This document shows positions 37,150-50,985 of a stretch of 64,000 bases of DNA, piece after piece. The notes beneath the pieces are model-generated. The model worked only from the letters and a program-made list of their open reading frames with translations, searched no databases and was not told where the DNA came from. Every line of letters starts with the position of its first letter. The first letter of the stretch is position 1. A program made the position numbers and the translations under genes. Source of the DNA: Vicugna vicugna (lineage: Eukaryota); NCBI GenBank assembly GCA_013265495.1, contig MU058531.1:2418911-2482910 (forward strand), in the 5' to 3' direction.

Positions 37150-37560
37150 CCCTTGTGCAAGTGATCTATTGAGGCAGTACTTTCAGATGAAACCTGTAGG
37201 AGTGAGGGAAATAGGATAGGGAAGAGATCAATAAAACTGTGGGTTCAGCTTAAGCCTAGTCTCAATCTGATATCAAGAAGAGATCTGGAGATGGAATGAT
37301 GTCACAAAGTTGTTCCACTTTGAGGCAGTGGGGCTGAACATTTACTCCCACCTCCAATGATCTCTCACTGACTACAGGCTGACCCCAGAGAGTGTATATG
37401 TTTGGGGGCGGGTGTACCCTGCCAGGCATTACTGGGCAGAGTGTCTCCTGCTTGCAGGTCTCCAGAGAAGGGTGCAGCTGAGTACTTAGCAGCTGAGAGG
37501 TGAATGTACCACCAGGTAAAAGGGATCTACTACACACCCTGGCAACTAGAACACATCCAA
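37150..37560. mobile_element. Probable old ERVL/MaLR-type LTR
   Basis: GC-richer block resembling recalled LTR consensus (GTGCAAGTGAT.TATTGAGG...AAACCTGTAGGAGTGAGGGAA); family uncertain. Confidence 0.4.
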
Positions 37561-37699
37561 CCAGATCATGCTTAGTAAATTGGAAGGAATAAATGACAAA
37601 CTTCTTCATTTATCTATTTCATATTTATTCCTGGCTTAATGATTTTTCTAGTGGATTAAATCCCCTAATCTTCCCAGTCTTGATTTTTTAATATTATTT

Positions 37700-38190
37700 T
37701 TAAAGATTGTGGTAAAATATATGTAACATAAAATTTACCATTTTAAATGTACAGTTTTTTGTCATTAAGCACATTCACATTGCTCTGCAGCCATCACCAC
37801 CATCCATCTCCAGAACTTCTTCATCTTCCCAAACTGAAACTCTGCTCAATAAACACTAACTCCCCATTGTGCCTTCCTACCAGCCCCTGGTAACTACTAT
37901 TGTACTTTGTGTTTCTATGACTATAACTACCCTAGATACCTCATATAAGTAGAATAATAGAATTGTCCTTTTGTGACTGGCTTATTTCATTTAACATTAT
38001 GTTATCAAGGTTCATCCATGTTGCAGCATGTGTCAGAATTTCCTTCCTTTTTGAGGCTGCATAATATTCCATTGTACATATATACTACTTTTTAATTATC
38101 CATTATTTGATGATGGACACTCAGATTGCTTCCATGTTTTGGCTGTTGTGAATGCTGCTGCGAACATGATGTGCAAATATGTGTTTGAGT
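37700..38190 (-). mobile_element. L1MB-like 3' end
   Basis: ATTGTGGTAAAATATA..TAACATAAAATTTACCATTTT...CCAGCCCCTGGTAAC. Confidence 0.85.
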
Positions 38191-39199
38191 GCAGTGTTAG
38201 TTTTTCAGGCTAATTCCTGAGGTTTGTTCTTTCTTTCTTTCTTTCTTTCTTTTTTTTGTTTCCTTGAAATAAGATGATTTTATTTTTTAACTTTTAAAAA
38301 TTTTTATTTTTTCTGATCACAGGAGAGCTCTTCACATTTTCTTCCCCTGATTCATCTTGGTGAACTGGCTGACCAGTGATTTAACTTGTTGCTCTCATAG
38401 AGCTACCAGCCTCCTCTCAATTCTTACTACCAAAATCTCCATGGGTTTCATGAGTACCCTTATGTTTGGACTTCCTTATCTAATAAAATCAGTTTCTTTG
38501 GGGGGAGAACTTTGCAGCTTTCTGTACTTACCTCCTTCCTCTTCTGGTGGTATAATCTCTGAGCCACTGCTTCAGAGCCTGTGGAAGGAACAGTGGCCTG
38601 TTTTAAATGATACTCTTCTTTAACAGCAGGACTTTGGGTGGGGCAGTAATTCTGGTCTTCTTGGCTTGCCCCTTAGAGTGTGCAGCCTCTGTCCTGTGAG
38701 CTGAGGTGAGGCAGTTGGGTTCCCAATATTCCTGGCTGCTGCATCTGTGGTAAAACTTCTGTCCTATGGTACCCTTCATGGGGCTGGGTGGAAGGGAGCC
38801 CTCAACCTTCCAGTCACACTCCCCTGGAATTTAGCATCTGTAACACAGAACTCTAGGGGAGTGAAAATGAGAAATATGGAATGTTTGCCCTTTCTCTGAC
38901 CCTTACCTGAAACCTAGGGGGAAAGGAAACCCTGCCTCTTTAGCCACACACACACCCAGGATGGAGCTTCTGTCATATTGAGCTGGAGGAAAGGTGTTGG
39001 TTTTGGCTCAAGTACCACAAACTCTTACTGTTCTAAGTAGATTTTCTTGAATAAATGTTTCTTCATTTGCTGTATGCTCTTGGGGCAATTTCCAGAGATT
39101 TCAAATGGTGTTTTTTTGTTTTTAAGTAAATTTCATTGGTCATAATTGTTTCACTAGGAAGCAGGTTTGTGAATTCTGGGAAGCTTCATCTTATTTTTC

Positions 39200-39770
39200 T
39201 TTTAAAGGTAAAATTTACAAAACATAAAATGTGCTATTTTAAAGGTACAATTCAGTGACATTTAGTTCACAATGTTGTACAACCATCACCTCTGTCTCAT
39301 TACAAAACATTTTCGTCATTACAAAAGGAAACACTATATTCATTAAGCAATTATTCCCCATGTGCCCTCTTTTCCCAGCCCCTGGCAACTACTACTGTGC
39401 TTTCTGTCTCTCTGGATTTACCTGGTTTGGATATTTCATTAAAATAGAAGCATAATAATATGTGACTTTTTGTGTCTCACTTTTTTCACTTTGGCATAAT
39501 GTTTTGGGATTCATCTATATTGTAGCATGTATCAGTACTTTTTTCTTTTTATGGCTGAATAGTATTCCATTGTGTGGATAGTCCACATTTTATTCATCCA
39601 TTCATCAGTTGGTGAATATTTGAGTTATTTCTACCTTTTGGCTGTTGTGAATATGCTGCTATGAACATTCATATATAAGCTTTTGCTTGAATGCCTGTTT
39701 TCAGGCATTTTTAGGTATTTATCTAAAAATGGAATTGTTGAGTCTTACCGCTATTCTATGTTTAACTTTA
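39200..39770 (-). mobile_element. L1MB-like 3' end
   Basis: GTACAATTCAGTG...GTACAACCATCACC...CCAGCCCCTGGCAACTAC...GCTGCTATGAACATTC. Confidence 0.85.
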
Positions 39771-40830
39771 AAAAGGGTCTATTTTATGAAGTGTCAATAG
39801 TTTGAAGTGCCACAAGGTTCTGAAACTGTCCTTCATTGTTGAAGACACAAACTCTGACTTACAGCTTATAGCAGAGCTTCCAGGCAAGCATGAGAGTGAA
39901 ACAAAGACTATTTGTAGATGACAGAGGCTTAATGGCTATGGTTAGTTTATTACTGTAACTAATATTAGAATGGAGGAGAGTAAAATTTTCTGTCAGGTAT
40001 AAACTTTACTACCTAAAAATTTTGATCAGTGAAAACATAGTTATAGCTAGCAATTTTTGTCCCATAAATTGATAGATATTCAGGGGCTTCCCATGAAAAG
40101 TAGAATTTCAAAAATGCTTGTATTGTAACATTTGTTGGTTATACAAATTTAACCCGGGAAGGATGAGCATCTCTCTAATTTGACAGCTCTTCCCATATAA
40201 ATTTTATTATAGTAAAGCATCAAACAAAACTATTGCTAGAATTTCTCTTTTTATAAGCTGAAAGAATAAATAACTGTGCTCTTCCAGGGTTCCCCTGGGA
40301 AACCTCCAAGATGCTTTAAGGTGTGAAAGATACCTCAAACATTTTATTTTATTTTTTCTATAGTTAAGATCCAAATTTGGGAAGCCAAAATCAAAACAGT
40401 TGTCAGAGGTTGCCTGAGAAACAAAGCTTGGTTAATCAAGGTGAAAGTGAAGCATTTAAAGAATAAACATAGATGACTTGATTGTAAGAAACTTAGTTTT
40501 TTCATAAGTGAGGGGAAACCTTTTTTGTTTGTTTATTAAATAATCAAGAATATAATAAAGTCCACATGAAGTGTAGAATGTTATTCTAGCAAAACAGTTA
40601 TCTTGGCAGAAGATAAAGAAGGTAAAGAATAACCTTTCACATTAATGGCAGGCCATTAAGCATTAAACCAAGGAAGCAAGTCCAATGAAATTGAACAAAT
40701 GTTGCTCAATTTAAAACCTATTTTATAGTTTTTTTCAGACTTACATGGTAAACCAAGGCAGATACAATTCATTTTCCATGTTTCGTCCTTTGTTGTACTC
40801 TTTCATACTGTTAAACACTTTGCATTAGAG

Positions 40831-41076
40831 CACTGGTTCTTTTTTGGGGATCTGTGAGGTCAAAATTATTTTCAAATGATACTAAGGTTACTTACGTTAA
40901 CATGCAGTATATTCATTATTGCTGTTTTCAAATGAATCAGTCATTTTTTTAAGTTATCAGTTTTAGTTTTTAATGCAATAAATATCAATAGTTAGAATCC
41001 ACATAAACAAAAACTTTTTGGAGTTCTCAGTAAGTTTTTAGAGTGTGAAAGAGACCTCAAAATTTGAGAACTCCTG
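40831..41076. mobile_element. hAT-Charlie1-like internal-deletion element
   Basis: CACTGGTTCT start; CCACATAAACAAAAACT.TTTGG.GT.CTCA...TTTGAGAACTCCTG end. Confidence 0.65.
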
Positions 41077-41649
41077 CTGCAGGACAAAACTGCTCTTTTT
41101 CCTTGAAAAACAAAAGCACATACATAGTTGTGCTGTGTCACTATCACAGTATTATCTTAACCACTGCTAATGATTTTAACTTTTAACCAAAGTAACTAAT
41201 TTATAGTTATTTCACAGTGAAACACTGAGGTGGAACATTTAGAACTGTCTGAATGGGAGCAAAGCTTAAGTGCCCACATATACAACTTCCTACGGACACA
41301 AGCATCCCTTTTACACCTTAAAGTGCTAAAAATGAGCACTTTCATTAACATATCCCCAAACTATAGCTTTTCTATTAAAAAACTGTAGCTTTTCTTATAA
41401 AAATAAGAAGCAAAAATACATAAACTTAATTATGTTTAGTAATCAGTCTGCTAGGATTCCACTGTATCTAAAAATTAACTAGATATCCAATGATTATCTC
41501 TTTTTTAACACCTTTATTGTGGTATGGTTCCTGTACAGTAAACTACACATATTTCAGATGTACAATTTGATGAATTTTGATAGATGACACCAATGAAACC
41601 ACCACCACCACAATCAAGATAGCTAATATTTCCATCACTCCCCAAGAGG

Positions 41650-43097
41650 TACAAATTTCAAATTCCCAATTTATCCCTTCCCACCCCCTTTACCTACTGG
41701 TGACCATAAGTTTGTTTCTATGCCTATGAGTCTGTTTCTGTTTTGTAGATAAGCTCATCTGTGTCCTTTTTTTTTTAATTCCACATATAAATGATATCAC
41801 ATGGTATTTTTCTTTCTCTTTCTGGCTTACTTCACTTAGAAGTAAGTCTGTAGGTCCGTCCATGTTGCTGCAAATGGCATTATTTTATTCTTTTTTATGG
41901 TTGAGTAATATTACACCACAACATACTTTCTTTATGCAATCATCTGTCAATGGACATTTGGGTTGTTTCCATGTCTTGGCTATTGTAAACAGTGCTGCTG
42001 TGAACATGGGGGTGCTTGTGTCTTTTCGAATTATATTTTCCTCCAGATATATGCCCAGGAGTTAGATTGCTGGATCATATGGTAAGTCTATTTTTAGTTT
42101 TTGAGGAATCTCTATACTGTCCTTCACCAATTTACAGTCCTACCAACAGTGTAGGAGGGTTCCTTTTTATCCATACCCTCTCCAACATTTATTGTTTGTG
42201 GACTTTTTAATGATGGCCATTCTGGCTGGTGTGAGGTGACACCTCACTGTAGTTTTGATTTGCATTTCTCTAACAATTAGTGATGTTGAGCATCTTTTCA
42301 TGTGCTTGTTGGCCATCTGGATGTCTTCTTTCAAGAGATACCTATTTTGGTCTTCTGCACACTTTTTGATTGGTTGCTTTTTTTAAAAATAATATTAAGC
42401 TGTATGAACTGTTTGTTTCATAATTTGGAAACTAGTCCCGTGTCAGTAACATCATTTGCAAATATTTTCTTCCATTCTGTAGGTTGTCTTTTCATTTTGT
42501 TGGTGGTATCCTTAGCTGTGCAAATGCTTTTAAGTTTAATTAGATCCCATTTGTTTATTTTTGCTCCTATTTCCATTACTTTAGGAGCTGGCTCAAAAAA
42601 GTATTGCTGTGATTTCTGTCAAAGAGTGTTCTGCTTATGTTTTCCTCTAGGAGTTTTATAGTATCTGGTCTTACATTTAGGTCTTTAATCCATTTTGAGT
42701 TTATTTTTGTATATGGTGTTAGAGAATGTTCTAATTTCAGTCTTTTACAGGTAACTGTCCAGTTTTCCCAGCACCACTTTTTGAAGAGACTCTCTTTTCT
42801 CCATTGTATACTTTTGCCTCCTTTGTTATAGATTAAGTGACTGTAAGTGGGTGGGTTTATTTCTAGATTTTCTATCCTGTTCCATTGATCCATGTGTCTG
42901 TTTTTGTGCCAGTACCATACTGTTTTAATTACTGTAGTTTTGTAGTATAGCCTAAAGTCAGGGAGCATGATTCCCCCAGCTCTGTTCTCCTTCAAGATTG
43001 TTTTGGCTATTTGGGATCTTTTGTGTTTCCGTACAAATTTTAATTTTCTTTTGTTTCAGTTCTATGAAAAATGTCATTGGTAATTTGATAGGGATTA
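41650..43097 (-). mobile_element. Younger 5'-truncated L1 (ORF2 C-terminus plus 3' UTR)
   Basis: ORF 42576-42995(-) [37 protein letters not shown] is L1 ORF2p. Confidence 0.95.
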
Positions 43098-43235
43098 TAA
43101 CCAATGAATATTTCTTAGTTAACTTAATATTATGATTTTAAGTTACCTAAAGATCTTAAAAATTAATCTTCAATATATGTTAAAATAAAATTTGTCAGGG
43201 TAATGATTCTGCTTAGTTGAGCATAGATTTACATT

Positions 43236-43444
43236 AAAAATTTTTTTTACTGAAGTATAGTCAGTTTACAATATTGTGTCAATTTCTGGTGTATAGCACA
43301 ATACTTCAGTCATATATACATATATTCATTTTCATATTCTTTTTCATCATAGGTTACTACAAGATATTGAATTGTAGTTCCCTGTGCTATACAGTATAAA
43401 CTTGTTGTTTATCTATTTTATGTATATTAGTTAGTATCTGCAAC
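43236..43444 (-). mobile_element. Short L1 3' end with TSD
   Basis: CTGAAGTATAG... motif; AGATTTACATT at 43225-43235 and 43445-43455. Confidence 0.88.
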
Positions 43445-43624
43445 AGATTTACATTTTTAATCATCTTAAATATTTTTGTAAGGCAGTGTTAGCTTATATG
43501 ATTAGTAAGCATGCATGTGCTTAGGGAAAACAAACCCAAGTGGAATAAAATGATTAATCAGAAAAAGTAAATAATTGTTTTTATAAACAAAGATGATCAA
43601 ACTAGGCTTGTTTGCTGAAGTTGC

Positions 43625-43843
43625 ATTAACCCATGAACAATAGGGATTTGAACTTCACAGGCTTATTTATACGCAGATTTTTCCAGTAGTAAATACAACA
43701 GCATTACAGGATCAGATGTTGGCTAAATCTACAGATACAGAGGGGGACCTCTGATATGGAGGACCAGCTATAAAATTATATGTGGATTTTTCACTATGTG
43801 GAGAGTGGGTGCTCCTAACTCTGAGTTGTTCAAGGATCAACCG
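43625..43843. mobile_element. Second MER8-like Tigger MITE
   Basis: Colinear similarity to 29660-29896; ends TTGTTCAAGGATCAACCG. Confidence 0.75.
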
Positions 43844-45049
43844 TACTTTAATTATGTCAACTTGGACTTTTAAAATATTTGTAAGTTAATTCCTGTAAGA
43901 AGAATTTTTTAAAAACAAATCTAGCATATTTAAAGCATTAGAAATTCAATTTCTTTGTTTTCTGGGAATTTTATAAATGTTCCATTGATATAAGTACTTT
44001 TTTTTTAAATCAGTAAGCCAGTCAAAACAGAATTCTTTTAACTTAAGAGACTTTAAAATCTAAGTGTTTAATATCCTGAATTGTTTGATATATCATGCAA
44101 TGAGAGGTAAAAACTTTTCTGAATTACAGATGCAGAGATTTATAGCTTTGATTCTGTAATTTCCCCTATACAGGTTGAGAGTTATGGGTTGTAGAGATTA
44201 AAAAAAACCTCACTGGTCCACTTATCAAAGAACTGAAAGTAAAATTCCTAAAGAGCATGAAATTCTTAAACAAATTGAGCTCAAAATAGACAAAAAAGAT
44301 GAACAAATGAGAGTGACTTTCATCTTTTACCCAAGAGATCTCTGTCATCCACTTATAGGGATCACCAAACATCAGACAATGAAACCAAATTCTCAATCAT
44401 TGCTACCACTTCGGAGTAATAACTTATTGGCCACGTAGTAGTTAGAAACCAGACTAAAATACACCATCTCTAAGGAGGAAAACAGAACAAAACAAAACTC
44501 AGAGAAACAGAGAGTCAGCAAAGTTAAATGTATGTTGTCACTTGGGTTTTCCTTCTAGGAGCCTAAAGCTAAAGCAGCCCATGAGGTGCAGTTTTCTGGC
44601 AGTGCAGTTTCCTGGTTCTGCCAGGTGAATCTACTGTGCGTCCCAGACTATTCAAAGATAATTTTCAAAAATAATAAAATTATGCTCCTCATACAGATAT
44701 AAAATTAATGCATGTCATGGTTTTCATTTAACTGATTAATTAATGAGAGAACCAGTAAGATGGTATAACTGTTTCAAAGGCAGTGGCAAAAAAATTATAC
44801 AGGCATTTGGGAATGCTGAAATAGATTTATCAATAGACATATAACTGATCAGCATCCGGAGGGCAATAATCAGTTGCATTCCACTGGTCAAAGTATTTTG
44901 CATTTCTGTGGGCAAGAGTAACTTGCATTACTATCAGTTTTCAGCAATTTACAGAAATGCAAACTAGCCCAAAGACAGTGAAAGCCACAGATAATCTATA
45001 AGGGTGTGTTAGATGGGACATTCAGTAATTATTTTTGTCCATTTCAAAA

Positions 45050-47750
45050 TATTTCACAGTTTTTCTTGCCATTATTTGGAAAGATTTTTTGTTTTCATTT
45101 TGTCTTTTACTATGCTTATCTTTTTTTGTTTGCTATGCAAAAGTTTTTATGAAAATAAAATTCATTAATCTTTGCCTTTTTTGCTTGATTTTGAATCATA
45201 GGAAAGTTTTCCATGCTACTAGGTTATAGGGAAATCCATTCATGTTTTCTTTCGGTACTTGTGTGATTTTATGTTTTATTTTCACATTTCTGATCCTTTT
45301 TTTCCTTGGGGTATGGTGTGATTTTGTCTTTTTTAATATGGCAAGCCAGCTCTCAACACTTTTTATTAAAAAGTGTATCTTTTTCACATTGATTTGAGAT
45401 GCTGCCATTTTCATTTACTGAATTTTCATGTGTGGTGGGTCCTGTCTCTGGTTTTTTATTCTGCTCTTTGTATGTCTATTCATGTGCTATACCATTATAC
45501 AATTACAGAGGCTTTATTGCTTTAGTATCTGGTAGGGCTTCCCTCACCTTACTGCTTGTCTTTTTCAGGGGTTTCCTGGTGACTCTCCCTTGTTTATTCT
45601 TTCAGTGAACTTAATAATAAACTTATTCCAGAAAAATCCTCAAAGTATTTTGTTGAGAATGAGTTAAATTTAGAAATTAATTAGTGAGAACAGAAATCTT
45701 AATGATGTTTAATCATTGTATCTAAGAACATGTTATGTTTTACAGAGAATTTAAAAGTTTTGCACAAATTTAGAATTCCTTATAATTATGTGTAGGTATT
45801 TTTTTGGTTGTTATTTTAATTGGGTCTTTTCTTACATTGCGTCTTCTAACTCACTTTGGCTTATATATGTGAATGCTGATAATCTTTGTATGTTAATTTT
45901 TAACTTCTTACTTTATTAAGTCTTATTATTTGGAGTAGTTTTTTCTTCCCCATTGATTCCTTATGGGTTTTCCAGTAATGTAATGATATAATCTGTATTT
46001 AGAGAAACTCTTACTTCTTCCATTTCACTTTCTTAAACCTTAGATTGCTGTGTAGTTTAACTTTATAGTCTAATAATTGCAACACAGTAGTTGAGACAGT
46101 GGGCATTTTTATCTTTTTCCTGACTTTAGTGGGAAAGCCTTTAATGTTTCCTCATTAAGGAGAACTCTGGCTTTTGGGTTGAGGTTTTTAGTATTTTATT
46201 ATGCTAAGAAAACATGCCCATTTTATTTAGTGTTTTTAACATGAAACACTGCTGAATTTTGTCAGGTATCTTTCCTGTGTCTGTGGAGATGGTCATATGA
46301 TTTTTCTCCTTTTACTCCATTAATATGATTGATTTTTATCAGTGCATTTTCTGTTTTTGAAATATTCCTGTCTTCATAGAATAAATCCCACTTGGTCATG
46401 ATGAATTGCTCTTTTAGCATGCTGTTGGATTCTGTTTGTGCATACGCTTTTCAGGATTTTTTTGTATTGATTTCATAAGTGAGATGTTCTGTAGTTTTCT
46501 TTTTTTTGGTGCAGTCTTTCTCAGGTTTTCGAATCAATGTTGTGCTCATTTCATTAAATAAAACTGGAAGTTTTCTTTGTTTTCCTAGGCTTTGGAATAA
46601 TATAATTACTGTTGATTATTATCTTTAAACGTTTGTTAGAATTACTCTATTTAATCAACTGGGTCTGGTGCCTTTTTTTTTTCCCTTGTAGGAGAGTCTC
46701 TTTTCTCTGTTTCTTCTGTGACAGTTGATCTGTATTAGATTTTCTGTCTCTAGAGGGTCAGTAAAGTGTATTCGTTGAAAAGTTATCCATTTCTTCAAAT
46801 TTATCTGAATAGAGTTATGCAAATGTAGTCTTATGTAAAAATTCCTTCTGTTTTTATGGTTTGTTTTATCCCCCTTGTCAGTTCTCATTTAAAGTATCTG
46901 TGATTTCATTGATTTGCTTGTTAGGTTCACTGGTGGTTGATCTGTTTTGTTGATTTCTTTTTAATGTCTTGAGGTTTATTCATTCCACTAATTTTCTGTT
47001 TTCTAACTGATTCCTTTCTGTTTCTATATTTAATGATTTACTTCTTGTTTCTTTAGATTTACTTTATTCTTTTTCTAGCTTTCTGTATTTTGTACTTGAT
47101 TCATTTGTTTTGTTTTATTGAGATAATTATTTAATGCTATTAATTTTTCTCCAGTGACCGATCTAGCTGTATCTCACATATTCTGATGTTTTCCTTAGTT
47201 CTATTTTAAAGAAATTCTACTGTTTTACTTTTGTATTTTCCCTTTGATCCAACAGTTTTTTAATAGTACATTTTTAAACATTTTCCAGATGTGAAGTCTT
47301 TTATTTTTAAAGATCTGCTTTGAATTTTTAGTTTTATTACACTACAGTTAGATAAATCTGTTTGCACTAACTCTATTCTTTGGAATTCATTGAGGTTTTA
47401 TTTGTAGCTTAATATATGATTACTTTTCATGAGTGTTTCATGTACTTCTGAAAAGAAAGCATATTCTTTTTTATTAGGGTTCTCAGTTTTACGTACAAAC
47501 TCCTTATTAATTAACTTTGTTATATCTTCTAAGGCTTCATGTTCTTCACCTGATCTTTCTTGAATTGAGAGAGGGTGTTAATGTCCCATTTTATTAATTT
47601 GTTACTGTCTCTTCTTGCATCTCTTACAGTTTCTGTTTTATGAAAGTTTGTTGCTAAAGTTTTGGGTATATAAATATTAGTGTTTTATCTGTATTTTGAA
47701 TTGTAGTTTTTAGCATAAAGTGCACAAATTGTAAATGTAAAGCTCAATTA
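45050..47750 (-). mobile_element. Very old antisense L1 remnant
   Basis: Degenerate antisense ORF2 motifs (TTCCTGACTTTAGTGGGAAAGC; ATAAATCCCACTTGGTCATGA). Confidence 0.75.
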
Positions 47751-49225
47751 ATTTTCTGTTTTATTTTTCATGATGAATGGTGTTTTTTTTGTTGTTACGT
47801 TGTTCTGTTTTTGGCTGTTTTACTGAGATGTCAATCCTTAAGTGAATTTCTCCTTAATTGTAGATTAATACTCTTGTAAAGAACTTTGGTAGTGTATATA
47901 CATCATCTTTAATTAGACAAACCACATTAGATCTGCTCTAGACAGTCTGGTATTTTTGTTGAATCTTCTAAATTCTTCTGGGGAAGTGGTCTACATTCAC
48001 ATTCATTAATCTGCTTAATTGTTTAAGCTTTCTGAATTAAAGTTTACTTAGCAATCAATTTGTTACCCTAGAGGAGAAATTAAAATTTTATGTATAGTGT
48101 TTTCATTTCTCATCTTTAGCTTTTTACCAAGTAGCACAAAAGTCAACAGGAAGAGACATCTCCTTGGTCAGGAGTGTAAAAACAGGAAGGAGGAAGTCTA
48201 TTGCAAATCTGTGTTAGCTGATTATCAATTCAGGTTTCACCATAGAGGATGTCCATTAACGATCATCACTGTGTTATGCAGTTAACCAGAATTTAAGCAA
48301 GTGTGGATGTCAGTATTACAGAATGTCAGTCCTACTTAAAGGAAGTAATGCTAACTAGCAAACTGCACTAGGCTCTATCCTATGCTTGTAAGCAGGATAT
48401 TATTAGAACAAGTCAGAGAAATTGCCCATAGAGGAAAACAAGGCAAGTAAAATTCAATATTAGAAATATAGGGAAGATCATTATTTATTTTTTGGCTTTG
48501 CTTGATTTTGATGCTTTGATAGGTTATTGTATGATCCTTTATAATAAGACCATATCCTTTTTTTTTTTAATTAAGGTATGTCAATTCTGTTATTTAAAAT
48601 ACTGTTTGGCAGAATGTCTTCAATTGAATTAGAGGAAACACCTGGGCATTATTTAATAAAGCATTTTAAGAGCACATGTGGCAAACTAGATGAAGTACTT
48701 TATGGGAAAAGAGTGAATATTTTATGAACAAGAAATCTTTTTCAGCATTTTGTGATGAAAGAAATTGAATTCTGTATTTGTACATCTCTGTGTTTATACA
48801 TTCCTGGAATTGCTAGAAACTCAGTTACTCTGCAGCTACAAGATACCTACTTGGTTTAGGTAACCAGCAGTGATATTTTAGCACACTTAACTTACCTTGA
48901 ATTCTTTACTTAGTTGTAAATATTGTGGATGTTTTGAAAAAAATTAAAAGTGTTGTAAAAGCTAGATGGCATTGTATTATTATTATTCTAGAGACCTGTT
49001 TGACATGTTCTTTTCCTCAAGAGTCTATTTACTTAAACTATGCCTTTATTTCTGGATTTTTTTGTGGTAGCGTGACACTTTTAATATGATAGCACAAGCA
49101 ACGTTAGAATGAAGGTTGAGATAATTATTATTGTGGTATGCCTGTAACCTGTTCATTTGGGAAGATGTGCTCTAATGTGTTAGTCAGATAAGGGGATTTG
49201 TTAACTCCTTATAATTGTAAGAAAT

Positions 49226-49262
49226 TGTGTGTGTGTGTGTGTGTGTGTTAAGTGTGTGCGCG
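49226..49262. repeat. (TG)n microsatellite, interrupted
   Basis: Visible TG run. Confidence 0.9.
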
Positions 49263-50749
49263 CATGAATGCCTTAGTCAAGGATTTTTTGTTTTAGTTGT
49301 AAATATCAAACCACCTTGAGTTAAGGAAAAAATGAAAAAAAATAGTGGAAGATAATTGGGTATCTCATAAAAGTCATACTTCTCAAAAGACTGGAACAAA
49401 GAAATAGAAGACCATGTTTCTTTCTGCTTCTCCATGCTTCACTCTGTCTTCATTCTGTGAGGTCTGGCTTTCTCTGCTTCTTCCTGCACTGGGGGAGTGT
49501 GACCACCTACAGCTTCGCTATGTCAGTTAGGCACATACAGCGGGCTGTTTCTGAGTCCCAATTCACAATTCCTGAAAGAGTGTGTCTAACTGAACCAGCT
49601 TGGACCAGTTGTACACCTCTGGTGCAACGTACTGTGATTGGAAGAGGCCGTACTGCTCATCCAGCGTTGTGGATGGTCAACAGTTCTTAGAGACAAAGAA
49701 TATACTGCAGTTGTGTTTGTGCATGTTTTTCGGGGAGAAGATCTATAACTTTTATTAAAATCGCAGAGGAGAGTCTTGCCACTACTCAGCCACTGCCCAA
49801 ATACAGATTAACTACTCTAAGAGTTATGATAGAATTCCCACTATTTACAACAGATATCCTTCATATCAGTTTAACTGTTTAATTGTCTTTTTCACAATGC
49901 TGTGTTCTTTCCTGGCTGTGTTTACCATGATTGAATTCCCTCCTCCTTATTTCCCTAGCTATTCAAGTATTACCTATCACTGAATTCTCTTCTTAGGTCC
50001 TATTTCCTCTGTGAAATCTGGGCATCTTAGAATACTGCATTCTATGTGGAGATATGTGTGTAGAACACACACACACACACATACACATACGTAATGTATA
50101 TTTTGTGTGTCTGAATTCTTATAGTATGGATTTTTTAAAAATGCTACACATGTTATTTAGTTGTATGTAATTGTATGTCTTAGTATATATATTTTAAATA
50201 AATGTCTTAAATGCAGGTTTAATGAAATGGTCCCTGAAGCCAATGATTGTCATGCATATCTCACTAGTCCTGACTATCTTATATGGCATTATGCCGTGGG
50301 TACTGCAGACTCTTGGTAAATACTTTTTAAACTGAGTTAATGAAAACCAAAAATCTTAATTATAGAAAACTTGAAGAATATGTAGACTAGAGAGGAGAAA
50401 AAAATCACTTTTTTTTCCTGCTGCTTAAGGATAATCAATATTCTAGTCATTTTTAATATTAGAAACAATATGATTTATTTGTTGAATATTTATTGAAGTT
50501 ACGATAGTCAACATATTAAATGTTGAATTTTGTTAAATATTTGTTAAATGAAGTTAAATTGCATTATATGTAATTTTCATCCTATTTTCTCTATTTATCT
50601 GATTATTTCCTTACTGTTGCACATTTAGGTGGTTCTTATTTTGGTGAAATTCTATGAACTGTGGTATTAATTAAAAAATAATTTCTTAGGAAAAAAAAAT
50701 AATTTCTTAGGATCTTTGTTCCTGGAAGTAAAAGTAATCATGTGGGCAA

Positions 50750-50985
50750 TAGTAGATAATAGCTAACATCTGTTGATTTTTTACTATCTGCCACATGTTT
50801 TAAATACTTATATGTGGTAGTGCATTTAATCTTGATAAGAAGCAAATGAGGTACCCATTTGCAGATGAAGAAACTGAGGTAGAGATAGATTAGGTCATTT
50901 GCCCTAGGTACTCAATAAGTGGTGAGCTAGATTTGAGCACAGGCCATTTGGCTTCTGAGCATATACTCTTAGTCATTATGCTTTG
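50750..50985 (-). mobile_element. MIR SINE
   Basis: CCCATTTGCAGATGAAGAAACTGAGG...GATTTGAGC.CAGG. Confidence 0.75.

Larger units (their letters stand above)
39780..45030. mobile_element. Possible old ERV internal/LTR remnant, interrupted by younger elements
   Basis: AT-rich non-L1 sequence between the nested insertions, with an LTR-like block at about 44660-45030. Impression only; no coding motif recognised. Confidence 0.25.
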
